A stretch of 64,000 nt of DNA, taken from positions 8,727 to 72,726 of IMG/VR virus record IMGVR_UViG_3300035208_004206; one strand, 5' to 3'. The notes under the pieces are model-generated. The model made no database searches. It was not told the origin of the DNA and saw only the letters and a program-made list of their open reading frames with translations. This DNA is from a virus. Taxonomy: Duplodnaviria; Caudoviricetes. The number at the start of each line of letters is the position of its first letter. Position 1 is the stretch's first letter. Positions 28,340 to 37,264 of this stretch are shown here, in pieces. A program made the position numbers and the translations under genes.

Positions 28340-28384
28340 TATTTATAAAATCACATACTCATATGGAACACTCCGCTATAAATA
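28340..28384. promoter_or_regulatory. Back-to-back perfect T4 late promoters (TATAAATA on both strands)
   Basis: Minus strand 28340-28347; plus strand 28377-28384. Confidence 0.8.
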
Positions 28385-28406
28385 TTGTTTTAATGGAGGA
28401 TCTCGA

Positions 28407-29342
28407 ATGTCCGATATCAAAAATCTAAAACAGGCAATACAGGAAACACTGAAAGAAGAAAGTTCAAAGCCTTCAAATAATGGTTTTGTTGATTTCAAAA
28501 CTGTTGTTGAGAAGACGGCAGCAAAGATTTCAAACAAGGGTGCAAACCTTTCTAAGTTGATGCAGGTCTCTAAGAAGTATGTTCTACCAAAGACAAGCAG
28601 TAAACTTGTTGTTGAAGCAAAAGATCGTGAGATGTTTGAAGCTCTCTACCCTGAGACTGGTGGTGATGCTGGGGTTGGCAAAGGAGAGATCGCTCTCTGG
28701 TGGTTGTTTGGTGGAATGGTTGGGTGGGCAAAGAAGGGTGCTGCTGGGGCAGTCGACCTGGAGATCCGTGGTGTTCCTGTTGAAGTGAAGTCGATCCCCG
28801 GACACAACCAGCTAATCCCGATCGGTAAGATCACCGAGGATAAAGAGAACGAACGTCTTCTGTCAATACTCTTTGGTGTTGATAACCTTGCTTGGGCGTT
28901 CCGTGCAGACAGAAAAAAGATGTCGATGAAAACAGACAAGGGTTTCTCTGCTGAAGATATTCGTGACGCTGCTGAGGTCATGTATGATTTCAATGTAGTC
29001 CTTGCATCAGAGGGTGCAAAGCTTGCCAAGAAGTATCAGATCTTTGCTGATATAGCAAACAGCGTTAAACAGTTCTTCACCATACTTGGAACCACGTCAG
29101 ACAAGATCGAAGACATCACGGTGAGCATTCTGAAGTCTATCATCACAAAGAAGCTTGAAAAGAAACCTGGAGACGGTGGATATATTATCAACCTCAAGGC
29201 TGGTCAACCTCTTGACATTGCGGTGTTTAAGATCGACTTTGATCGCATCCCCGACAACTTTACGGCATTCAACAAACGAATCAACGTTCACTCGATGACT
29301 TTATACATTCACCTTGGCGCCCTCTTTGGCGGGGAGAAATAG
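28407..29342 (+). CDS. Late protein with PD-(D/E)XK nuclease-like motif
   Basis: GKGEIAL...GAVDL-x6-VEVKS. Confidence 0.65.
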   Translation: MSDIKNLKQAIQETLKEESSKPSNNGFVDFKTVVEKTAAKISNKGANLSKLMQVSKKYVLPKTSSKLVVEAKDREMFEALYPETGGDAGVGKGEIALWWLFGGMVGWAKKGAAGAVDLEIRGVPVEVKSIPGHNQLIPIGKITEDKENERLLSILFGVDNLAWAFRADRKKMSMKTDKGFSAEDIRDAAEVMYDFNVVLASEGAKLAKKYQIFADIANSVKQFFTILGTTSDKIEDITVSILKSIITKKLEKKPGDGGYIINLKAGQPLDIAVFKIDFDRIPDNFTAFNKRINVHSMTLYIHLGALFGGEK

Positions 29343-29343
29343 G

Positions 29344-29592
29344 ATGGATCAATACAGAGAAGTTATCGATCAGATGTTCGGAGGCATTCATGGCGCAGTT
29401 GAGCGTCTTGAAATCATCGATACAGAGCTCAACAGATTCTTTGAATGGCGGAAGATCGTGAGTCTTTACTTCCACGACTTCAGAGCTGGAAATTTCAAAG
29501 AGCTGATTGAAAACAATCCAGAAACTTTCTTCCTTCTTGCAAGACAGGCAGAACGTATTAAATCAACTCCGACAAAGTTCAAAAGATCCTAG
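29344..29592 (+). CDS. Small hypothetical protein
   Basis: 82 aa ORF directly after the upstream stop. Confidence 0.65.
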   Translation: MDQYREVIDQMFGGIHGAVERLEIIDTELNRFFEWRKIVSLYFHDFRAGNFKELIENNPETFFLLARQAERIKSTPTKFKRS

Positions 29593-29618
29593 CGAACCCT
29601 CTCTCAAGTCAGTAGAAT
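29592..29618 (+). promoter_or_regulatory. Putative middle-class promoter TCCTAGCG-N18-TAGAAT
   Basis: TCCTAGCG is identical to 1442-1449; lies upstream of groES. Confidence 0.6.
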
Positions 29619-29656
29619 ATTCTGTGTATGTAATTCACCACAAGTGGAGACGCCTC

Positions 29657-30163
29657 ATGAACCTTGGTCTAAACGATTTCGCAACAACCCCCGAAGACAT
29701 GCTTGCAGAGATGGGGAAAGATCCCACGGGGAAACCCAAAGACATGGATGAAGAACTTGGTGTTGATTTTTCTTTAGTTAAACCATTATATGACTATGTT
29801 CTTATTACATATGAGAAACCCGCTGAAGAGAAAGCCGATGCTGCGATCGCCGAGAAGAGAACGGCTGGTGGTATCATCATCCCCGATCGCGATCTTCAGG
29901 GCAAGCAGGTTCGCAAAGCGGTTGAGAAAAAGTATCTCATTGCTGAGGTCGTTGCGACCGGTGTTGGCAACTATGATATGAATGGAAAGGAACAGCCTTG
30001 GCCGTTCAAGATCGGTGACCGGGTCATGGTGCCTCGTCACGGTGGTCTCAACATGCTTTCACGGAAAGACCTCAAGCTGTATCGTGTGATCCGCGCCAAA
30101 GAGATCATCATGGTCCTTGGCGAACAGGATAAGACGTCTGGTGAAATAACAACGGAAGAGTAA
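29657..30163 (+). CDS. groES: GroES-like co-chaperonin
   Basis: VKPLYDYVLI, RTAGGIIIP, AEVVATGVG, FKIGDRVMV, EIIMVL. Confidence 0.88.
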   Translation: MNLGLNDFATTPEDMLAEMGKDPTGKPKDMDEELGVDFSLVKPLYDYVLITYEKPAEEKADAAIAEKRTAGGIIIPDRDLQGKQVRKAVEKKYLIAEVVATGVGNYDMNGKEQPWPFKIGDRVMVPRHGGLNMLSRKDLKLYRVIRAKEIIMVLGEQDKTSGEITTEE

Positions 30164-30579
30164 TGGAGGAAGAGATGAGTGAAAGCATGAAGTTGAAGTT
30201 TGAACAGGATGATTCTTTCAAAGCAGAACAAAAAATCGATGGGTCCGTGAAGCGTTGGCTAGATTTCAAAAATGGCACGTTGACCTTCTCGGTCGAGGGC
30301 TTTGTCACCACGATCAAGAATATTATCGAGCTTGATGCAACGGTTGCTCAGCTTGATGAGTTTGTCAGTCGTGTGTCGGTCAAGGCCAAGAGCGTCAGTC
30401 ACGGTAAGATGGCTGCTCCGATAAAGATCCACGGTATCCTTGACGAGTCTCTGTTCCTCACGTATGACGAAGAGAAGCAGCAGGAGAAGATCGCTTCCAA
30501 GAAAGAAGCTTTCAAACTGAAGCGTGCTGATTCGTCTCGCAAGTGTCGTGGTGCTGGCAAGGCGCTCGGGGAGGAGTAA
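30163..30579 (+). CDS. Hypothetical protein
   Basis: Coupled ORF with core codon usage. Confidence 0.75.
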   Translation: MEEEMSESMKLKFEQDDSFKAEQKIDGSVKRWLDFKNGTLTFSVEGFVTTIKNIIELDATVAQLDEFVSRVSVKAKSVSHGKMAAPIKIHGILDESLFLTYDEEKQQEKIASKKEAFKLKRADSSRKCRGAGKALGEE

Positions 30580-31023
30580 TTGAAAAAGGACATTAAGACC
30601 ATTGGCGACTTTGTCGTCGAACAGCGTGATCTGGATTTTGTGGTCTCCTCTGCGAGACATAAGATCAAACGGATGGTGATACCAAGGGATGCTCGTATAA
30701 GTGCGGCATATGACGCCGAGGACATCAAGGTGATGACCAAAGCGATCTCCGATGCTGCACGGATACAACAGGGCGGGAAACCGAACCGTGCAGAACGTCG
30801 GAAGAATCTGAAGGGTCTTCGATCGCAGGTGAAGAAGATGACTGGACACTCTGCTCCGCTCTCAGTGATCGGGAAGGGGATCAGAGAAACAGCGAAGACA
30901 ATACTTGGCAAAAACAAGAAAGATCCGGCGGCACCGCAAGAAGGTGTTGCGACCACAAGTGTGAAAGAAGCAACAGAGCAACCTGAAAAGAAGGAGGAGT
31001 CAGTTGGAAAAGATTCTCAGTAA
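30580..31023 (+). CDS. Basic hypothetical protein
   Basis: TTG start after GGAGGAG. Confidence 0.7.
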   Translation: MKKDIKTIGDFVVEQRDLDFVVSSARHKIKRMVIPRDARISAAYDAEDIKVMTKAISDAARIQQGGKPNRAERRKNLKGLRSQVKKMTGHSAPLSVIGKGIRETAKTILGKNKKDPAAPQEGVATTSVKEATEQPEKKEESVGKDSQ

Positions 31024-31771
31024 AGAAGGAAAGGCGATACTCACGGCCGAGGGGATTCAGAACCTTCGTCATGTTGCAGGTCTTGCGAAGGAATGTATCC
31101 TTGAGCGGAATTTCCGGTATCAGACCGAGAGCCGGTCGATCATCGCAGGGTTCGAGTTCAAAGATCTCCCTGATGATTTCTTCTTGCCTGTCTATGACAC
31201 CGCTCTGATGGTCAAGCTCATCAAGGGTCTGACAACGAAGGATGCTCCGATCGAGGTGAGCTATACCGTGAAAGAGAAACAGTTCGGTCTGTCCGTCCGT
31301 CAGCTCTACACTGTCGTGCTCAAGAACCCGAAGACGGGAAAGGAATACATCATCAGCGCGTCTGGTATCAACTGGGAAGATGCGAAGTGTTCCATCGCCA
31401 AGACATACATTGAGAACAAGGGTGCATCGTTCAAACCCAAGGGTGACTTCTTTTCTTTCCAGATCACGGCCGAACAGCTTGGTGAACTGATGGGGAATGC
31501 TGGGAACATCGGCGCCACCCTGATCAAGGTCATCAACAAGGGCGGGAAGATCATCGCTGAAGCGGTGAACGACAAGCTCCTTGACGGACCTCGATATGTG
31601 GAAGATGTTTGCAAGTCGGAAGGTGGTGAGCTTGAATCCTTCGCCGCCGACTTCGAGAACCTTGAGAAGCTCCCGCACGATGTTGATTATACGGTTTGTA
31701 TGAGCGAGGGGGGAGCATGTTTCAGTTCTGCCGATAAAAAGAAATTCGTCATCTTCGGCATCAGAAAGTAA
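31004..31771 (+). CDS. gp45: DNA polymerase sliding clamp (gp45-like)
   Basis: N-terminus parallels T4 gp45 as recalled (LxxxxxxxLxxxAxx...PVYDxxxxxxLI); about 255 aa; close to the polymerase gene. Confidence 0.65.
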   Translation: MEKILSKEGKAILTAEGIQNLRHVAGLAKECILERNFRYQTESRSIIAGFEFKDLPDDFFLPVYDTALMVKLIKGLTTKDAPIEVSYTVKEKQFGLSVRQLYTVVLKNPKTGKEYIISASGINWEDAKCSIAKTYIENKGASFKPKGDFFSFQITAEQLGELMGNAGNIGATLIKVINKGGKIIAEAVNDKLLDGPRYVEDVCKSEGGELESFAADFENLEKLPHDVDYTVCMSEGGACFSSADKKKFVIFGIRK

Positions 31772-31794
31772 GCAATCACAAACAGTTGAACTTC

Positions 31795-31821
31795 GCGGGT
31801 TTGGCAACCGACTCGTAAAAT
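31795..31821 (+). promoter_or_regulatory. Putative middle-class promoter GCG-N18-TAAAAT
   Basis: Directly upstream of the four-way-junction element. Confidence 0.55.
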
Positions 31822-31911
31822 AATATGTTGTGGGCTCATATGTGAGAGGTTGCGAACGGCCCGGAGGGGTATCTGCTGTGTGACGACATGAACACAGCCC
31901 CACAACATATT
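31822..31911 (+). ncRNA. Candidate structured RNA: perfect four-way junction in the tmk leader
   Basis: P1 31822-34/31899-911 (13 bp), P2 31835-38/31843-46, P3 31847-50/31871-74 with inner GCCC/GGGT, P4 31875-81/31892-98; no unpaired junction bases. Confidence 0.6.
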
Positions 31912-31933
31912 GTGTATTTTATGGAGGGTGTAG

Positions 31934-32647
31934 ATGGTTAGATTTATTACGATTGATGGGTGTGACAATTCTCTCAAGACTTCTGTCATCAACAGAATAA
32001 TCGGTTGGGCGAAGTCTCTTGATCGTCACAATATCAAAGTTCTCAAGTTCCCGTCTGCTGAGATCTTCAAGACAGATATTGCAAAGCGATTGTTTGGTGA
32101 CGGCGATGAGACGGCTCGTGGTGAGTTCATCGATCTCATCATCGGTGAAACAGAGCGTGAACTTGGTGCGGTTATCAAACAGCGTCAAGAAGATCCTAAT
32201 TCTATTGATGAGCACGTTCTAATAGATCGTCTGTTCATATCAACCCTTGTTTATCATGGAAGCGGTTACAGTGGCAACTATGAACTTGAACAGGTCATCA
32301 CGCAAAAGTATGATGCGATGTTTGAACGTCTTGGTATCCACCCGGGCGATGTTTGGCACTATGTGTCTGTGTATCCTCTGAAAACTTGTGACAAGGGCGA
32401 GACCGAACCGCTCAAGTTGAAGCTTGATGCGAAGGCTGACTTGTATGTCAAGAAGACCGAGGAAGTTTTGTATGGTATTATTTCTGGAAAGATCAGAAGT
32501 CCATATCTTACAAATATTCAGGAGTTTGTTGAAGGTCGTGAGGAGTACACAAGAAAAACACAGTTGACAGATGAAGAGCTTGATGTAATTGGAACCGCTC
32601 GAGCAAACGAAATCATATACGTTCACTTCTTCGGTCCTGACCTATGA
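31934..32647 (+). CDS. tmk: Thymidylate/dNMP kinase with atypical P-loop
   Basis: FITIDGCDNSLKTS, KFPS, LIDRLFISTLVY. Confidence 0.78.
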   Translation: MVRFITIDGCDNSLKTSVINRIIGWAKSLDRHNIKVLKFPSAEIFKTDIAKRLFGDGDETARGEFIDLIIGETERELGAVIKQRQEDPNSIDEHVLIDRLFISTLVYHGSGYSGNYELEQVITQKYDAMFERLGIHPGDVWHYVSVYPLKTCDKGETEPLKLKLDAKADLYVKKTEEVLYGIISGKIRSPYLTNIQEFVEGREEYTRKTQLTDEELDVIGTARANEIIYVHFFGPDL

Positions 32648-32808
32648 TGAAATGGATATATCAACTTTGTTGTGGGTGGTGGTCAGGACATCATTGGATC
32701 CGTGTCTCTGAAGATTTCTTCAAACAGGAAACGGTTCTTCAGTGTACACTGTGTGACAAGATAGAAAAAGTCCCAGGTATAATTGCGGGCGATCCAAACG
32801 CCGAGTAG
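32644..32808 (+). CDS. Small Cys/His hypothetical protein (54 aa, not in the ORF track)
   Basis: ATGA overlap; LCCGWWSGHHW...CTLC. Confidence 0.55.
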   Translation: MMKWIYQLCCGWWSGHHWIRVSEDFFKQETVLQCTLCDKIEKVPGIIAGDPNAE

Positions 32809-32811
32809 AAT
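32785..32811 (+). promoter_or_regulatory. Putative middle-class promoter GCG-N18-TAGAAT
   Basis: About 25 nt upstream of the polymerase start. Confidence 0.6.
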
Positions 32812-32835
32812 AAATGTTACAAGCTTGAGGTGTTC

Positions 32836-35655
32836 ATGTACGAGGTAAGCTCCCTCCCGAAAGATTTTTCCTATACAAACGCGTTTGTTTCTCGTGGTAC
32901 TCTCCATGTCGTTGGATATATTTCTTCTGGTGAAAAGATTTTCTGGAAGACCAAATCTTTTCCCGAGCTGAAGGTTTTCATCCCGACCAAAGGTGAGAAC
33001 AGGGTTGCGACAAGCTACAAGAAAGGAATACCGCTCCAAGAGAAAAGTTTTTCCTCGATCGGTGAGTATCAGGGTTTTATGAAGGATAACCGGGACATAT
33101 CGGGATTGCGAGTCTTTGGTGATGCTCCGGCTGAATATCTTTGGCTTTCTGCCAACGTTCCCAATGATGCTAAGCCACCGTTCCAGTTCCTCAACATCGG
33201 GTTCATTGATATTGAGACCTCGATCGGTAAGTCGTCACCCGAACCTGAGAAGGCTGAGCAACCAGTTAACGCGATAACAACTTATTACACAAGGTCCAAG
33301 AAGTATTACATCCAGTCGTTGCGCGATCTTTCTGAAACAGAACGGATGAGTCTCCTCAAGAAAGTCCGGGCAAAGCTTGAACCTGGTGAAACGGTTGAAG
33401 TGTTTGAATATGCCGGCAGCGAAGCTGCAATGTTCGAAGACCTCTTCAGAATATGTCATGAGGTCGAGGGTGCTGATATTCTTTCGGGTTGGTACTCGGA
33501 TGGGTTTGACTTTCCGTATCTCTACTTCCGCATTCTTCGGGTGATGGGAGAAGAGTGGGTCGGAATGTTCAGCCCGTTCGGTTCTGGTCATGCTCGTGAT
33601 TACATGAAAGAAGATCGCAACGGAAAGCTTCGCCCGAAGATCTCGGTCAACGGTATCGAGCTGATCGACTATATGGATGCGTTCAAGAAGTATGCGAATG
33701 AGGTACTTGAGTCTTATGCTCTTGATGCCGTCGCGATGCACATCATCAAGGAAGGCAAAGAGAAATCGGGTAAAACGCTCCGCGAGCTTGAAGAAGGTTC
33801 ATGGGATGATTACCTCTACTACAACTTCACCGATGTTCGGATCATGAAGAAGATAGATGAGAGCAGGAAGGGTCATCTTATCAATCTTATGGTGATGATC
33901 GCCTACAGTGCTCGCATGAACTTCTCTGATCCCTTCAGTCCCACAAAGCAGTGGGAGTGTTTGCTCCGCAATGAACTGAGCCCAAAGAACGTTGTCCTGG
34001 ATCCCAGGGTTCGTTCCCAGCGAGCGAAGTTCCCCGGTGCATACGTTCACACACCAGAACCAGGGGTGCACGGCTGGACGATGACATTCGACTACAACTC
34101 CGAGTATCCCAAAGTCATCATGGGTTGGTGCATTGACCCGAGCAACCTGCTCGAAGATGATGAAGTGCTCGCGGCTTTCAAAGATGACGAAATCGCGTTG
34201 TCGTGTGTTGAGAACATTATCCGCCGTCGTGACGAGATGCCGACAGAATGGCCGGATGAAGATGCTGAAGCTTTCGGCAGAGCATGGGATGAAGGTCTGC
34301 TCGATGTGTTTGCAGAACCCAACGGGTTCTTCGATCTGAAGTTCTTGAAGGGTACCAACATTTGTGTGACACCTTCTGGTGACTTCTTCATCAAAGATCC
34401 TGAAGCACCGATACCCAAACTGATGCGGGTCAACTATGATGGTCGTCGTCTTGATAAGAAAGAGAGTCTCAAGTTTTCCGCGGCAGCTGAAAAAGAAAAA
34501 GATGCCGCGAAACGTGAGGAGCTCAAGTTCAAAGCCAAGGTCATGGACCTTCAACAAAATGCCAAGAAGGTCGTCCTCAATGCAGGATACGGTGCCTTTG
34601 GTTCTCCCAACTTCCGGTTCTTTGATGTTCGTATTGCACGGTCAGTCACGATGTGTGGTCGGTTCGCGATCAGAACGGTCGGCAAGCATCTTGACATTCG
34701 GCTCAACGATTGGCTTGAGCAGAAAGCGAAAGAGCTTGAGGTGGGGTTTAAGTATCGTAAACGGATGATCTATTCAGACACAGACTCCACCATGCTTGAT
34801 GTTGATTCGGTCGCAATGATCCTTGCTGCCGAAGCAGGTATTGACTTCAGAGCACCGGAGAATGCCGATGCTGTGTGTGACTTGCTCGACAAGTTTGCAG
34901 CCGAGGTCGTTCAGCCTTGGGTCGATGAGCATGCTGCTTGGGTTGCAGATCTTTTCAACGCCTTCAAGTGTCTTGAGATGAAGCGTGAGAAGATCGCCGA
35001 CTCTGCTCTGTGGACCTTGGCAAAGAAACATTATGCCATGCACGTCATCGATTCTGAAGGTGTGAGATACACCAAAGAGTCTGAGCGTCGGAAGCTAAAA
35101 GGCGGGAACTTTGTCGGCACGAAGTCTCCGCTGTTCTGTAGAGAGGAGATCAAGGAGTTCACCTTCGCCATGCTTCAGTTGTGGAGAGAAGCCGGTGGAC
35201 GGTTCAACCCTGGTGTGGTCGATCAGCTCAGGGCCAAGGTTGAAGAAGTTTATCAACGCTTCATATTGAAAGAACCCCATGAGGTCGCGTCAGTCACATC
35301 GGTCAACACGATCGGAAAGACGACAGCAGATCAGAAGGGGGCAACGTGGTCGGCCAAAGCCGCGATCGCACACAACAATTACATCGAAGAAGCAGGGTTG
35401 ATACAAGAAGGTTGGGCGCCGATACACGATGGAGACAAGGTGAAGATCGTTCCTCTTCGTGGTGGTAACGGTCTGAAGGTGTCGCAGTTCGCTTTCATCA
35501 GTCAGCTTCCGGCAGGTATTCCGAGAGAGTGGATCGACTATGATCTATTGTTCCAAAAGAACTGGCTCACGGCGATGGATGAGATGGTCAAACAAGTTGC
35601 TGGTGTTTCAATCGATAGGAATGGAACAGTCAGCGTTGATGAGTGTTTTGGATAG
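32836..35655 (+). CDS. gp43: Family B DNA polymerase (gp43-like)
   Basis: ExoI DIET, ExoII GWYSDGFDFPY, ExoIII YNFTD; motif A DYNSEYP, motif B KVVLNAGYG, motif C YSDTDS. Confidence 0.96.
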   Translation: MYEVSSLPKDFSYTNAFVSRGTLHVVGYISSGEKIFWKTKSFPELKVFIPTKGENRVATSYKKGIPLQEKSFSSIGEYQGFMKDNRDISGLRVFGDAPAEYLWLSANVPNDAKPPFQFLNIGFIDIETSIGKSSPEPEKAEQPVNAITTYYTRSKKYYIQSLRDLSETERMSLLKKVRAKLEPGETVEVFEYAGSEAAMFEDLFRICHEVEGADILSGWYSDGFDFPYLYFRILRVMGEEWVGMFSPFGSGHARDYMKEDRNGKLRPKISVNGIELIDYMDAFKKYANEVLESYALDAVAMHIIKEGKEKSGKTLRELEEGSWDDYLYYNFTDVRIMKKIDESRKGHLINLMVMIAYSARMNFSDPFSPTKQWECLLRNELSPKNVVLDPRVRSQRAKFPGAYVHTPEPGVHGWTMTFDYNSEYPKVIMGWCIDPSNLLEDDEVLAAFKDDEIALSCVENIIRRRDEMPTEWPDEDAEAFGRAWDEGLLDVFAEPNGFFDLKFLKGTNICVTPSGDFFIKDPEAPIPKLMRVNYDGRRLDKKESLKFSAAAEKEKDAAKREELKFKAKVMDLQQNAKKVVLNAGYGAFGSPNFRFFDVRIARSVTMCGRFAIRTVGKHLDIRLNDWLEQKAKELEVGFKYRKRMIYSDTDSTMLDVDSVAMILAAEAGIDFRAPENADAVCDLLDKFAAEVVQPWVDEHAAWVADLFNAFKCLEMKREKIADSALWTLAKKHYAMHVIDSEGVRYTKESERRKLKGGNFVGTKSPLFCREEIKEFTFAMLQLWREAGGRFNPGVVDQLRAKVEEVYQRFILKEPHEVASVTSVNTIGKTTADQKGATWSAKAAIAHNNYIEEAGLIQEGWAPIHDGDKVKIVPLRGGNGLKVSQFAFISQLPAGIPREWIDYDLLFQKNWLTAMDEMVKQVAGVSIDRNGTVSVDECFG

Positions 35656-35664
35656 GAGGATGAG

Positions 35665-35976
35665 ATGAAGGTCAAACGTTTGCTTGAAAAGATGGATGAC
35701 AACAAGCTGCAGAAAGGGGTTGTCAAACAAGAGGGAATCAGTCAAGAGGTTGAGTATCTGCACACGTCGCTCAACACACTCAACAATCTAATCAGTCAGT
35801 TGAGAACAAGACTTACTCCCATCCTCGATAACCGACAGGGAGATGGAAACCCCGATGTAGATAAAGCAAGAGATGAGCGAGTAAGTCCTCTTGGTGAAGA
35901 TATTGCAAAAGCAAATGATATGGCAAACAAAGCAATTGACCAGCTTGAAGAAATTTTCAGTGTAATAAAACTTTAA
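35665..35976 (+). CDS. Coiled-coil hypothetical protein
   Basis: AGGAGG RBS; starts MKVKRLLE. Confidence 0.75.
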   Translation: MKVKRLLEKMDDNKLQKGVVKQEGISQEVEYLHTSLNTLNNLISQLRTRLTPILDNRQGDGNPDVDKARDERVSPLGEDIAKANDMANKAIDQLEEIFSVIKL

Positions 35977-35992
35977 GAGGTCGGAGGAAAGT

Positions 35993-36448
35993 ATGAGAAT
36001 CACTTTTAAGTATGTTCCTGTTCACGCTGGTCCAAGTAGAGTAGAAGGATTCACCTGGACAGAAGAGGGAATTGTTTCACTACACGATCAAATCATAAAG
36101 ATGATACACCAGGGAAATCTTATTGTCACCCCAGACAATGATGATAGAGATCCAATAAAATATACAGAACTTGGAAGGGTTATGAAAATAAACCTTCTTG
36201 ATAAAACATTAACAATTGAACCTAACAAAGATTTTCCAACCGACGCAACACCAGAGACATATATTCTTGGTGCTAGGGTATACCTTGATGAACCGCGTGA
36301 CAGCGGGCCGATTGGAGCAGATGTTCACCTGCTCAATTTTATTATAAGACCTATAGAATCACAAGATCATTTTTATTTGGGATTGGGTATGCAAAAAATG
36401 TTACCACCCGAAGGAACAATATTTAATTTGAAAGGGGAGAAGCAATGA
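35993..36448 (+). CDS. Hypothetical protein related to 26436-27299
   Basis: GGAGG RBS; shared G-aromatic-x-W and Y(I/V)LG segments. Confidence 0.7.
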   Translation: MRITFKYVPVHAGPSRVEGFTWTEEGIVSLHDQIIKMIHQGNLIVTPDNDDRDPIKYTELGRVMKINLLDKTLTIEPNKDFPTDATPETYILGARVYLDEPRDSGPIGADVHLLNFIIRPIESQDHFYLGLGMQKMLPPEGTIFNLKGEKQ

Positions 36449-37026
36449 AAAAGATTTTGATTGCATTGATGTTCCTGCTCTTCGTCTTTTCACCGATCAG
36501 TCTTCCTGCTGAAGGGTGTTCGAAGCACTGTTGCAAGTATGAAGAGCTTGCAAAGGAACGGATCTATGGGATCCAATATGGTGAGGCTGCAAGCTTGATG
36601 ACTCGAGCAAAAGATGCTGGTGATGAGGCGGCGAAGGATGGATCTCGGTGTGCGTATGCTCTCTATCTCATTGCTGGAAATGCTATTGCTGCCGTCGCAG
36701 AAGGAAGTTCAATCATGCTCGAGATGGCATCGCAACGGTATGGTGATGCATATTGGGAAGTACTGCGACACAAGAATCATGTATCACAAGCGAAGATCGA
36801 TAAAATCGGTGAGCTCAAGTGGAATTATGCGAAGAAGTTTGCAGACCAGCTTTATACAGATGGGGATGATCTCAAGCGAGCGGGTGAGGTTTATTGCTGG
36901 CTCAGATGTCAACAAGGTTTTGTTTCGGCCGAGTGGTATGAGAAGGTGTCTGCTCAGATAGATCAGAGGATCAAAGAGACCGAATCTTTTAGTGGGAAGT
37001 GTACCCTTCCTGGTGGTCGGATATGA
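36445..37026 (+). CDS. Exported hypothetical protein
   Basis: Signal peptide MKKILIALMFLLFVFSPISLPA; helical; several Cys. Confidence 0.7.
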   Translation: MKKILIALMFLLFVFSPISLPAEGCSKHCCKYEELAKERIYGIQYGEAASLMTRAKDAGDEAAKDGSRCAYALYLIAGNAIAAVAEGSSIMLEMASQRYGDAYWEVLRHKNHVSQAKIDKIGELKWNYAKKFADQLYTDGDDLKRAGEVYCWLRCQQGFVSAEWYEKVSAQIDQRIKETESFSGKCTLPGGRI

Positions 37027-37220
37027 TCAATAAAGAAGTTAAGGATATGTCTACCGCAGAACTTCTTGTTTATCGAACACATGGGAAACAAGAAGCTTTT
37101 GTAATTGATGTTCATCAAGATCGGTTTCCTCCCGAACAAGAAGCATGGTTGACACACGGTAAGAAGTGGATCAAAGAAATCGAAGCTGAGCTTGATAAAC
37201 GAGGAGTCTCTTACAAGTAG
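37023..37220 (+). CDS. Small hypothetical protein
   Basis: ATGA-coupled; 65 aa. Confidence 0.6.
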   Translation: MINKEVKDMSTAELLVYRTHGKQEAFVIDVHQDRFPPEQEAWLTHGKKWIKEIEAELDKRGVSYK

Positions 37221-37264
37221 ATCTTAAATACTTCTTTCTTTGACAATCTACGAGGTGATTAGCC

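Noticed and set aside
31822-31911. tRNA gene
   Set aside because: The cloverleaf lacks the T-loop TTCRA, the D-loop GG, a 7-nt anticodon loop and the connector bases.
19206-35655. Introns or inteins in nrdD, helicase, ligase or polymerase
   Set aside because: Reading frames are continuous, lengths are ordinary, and no intein splice or LAGLIDADG motifs were seen.
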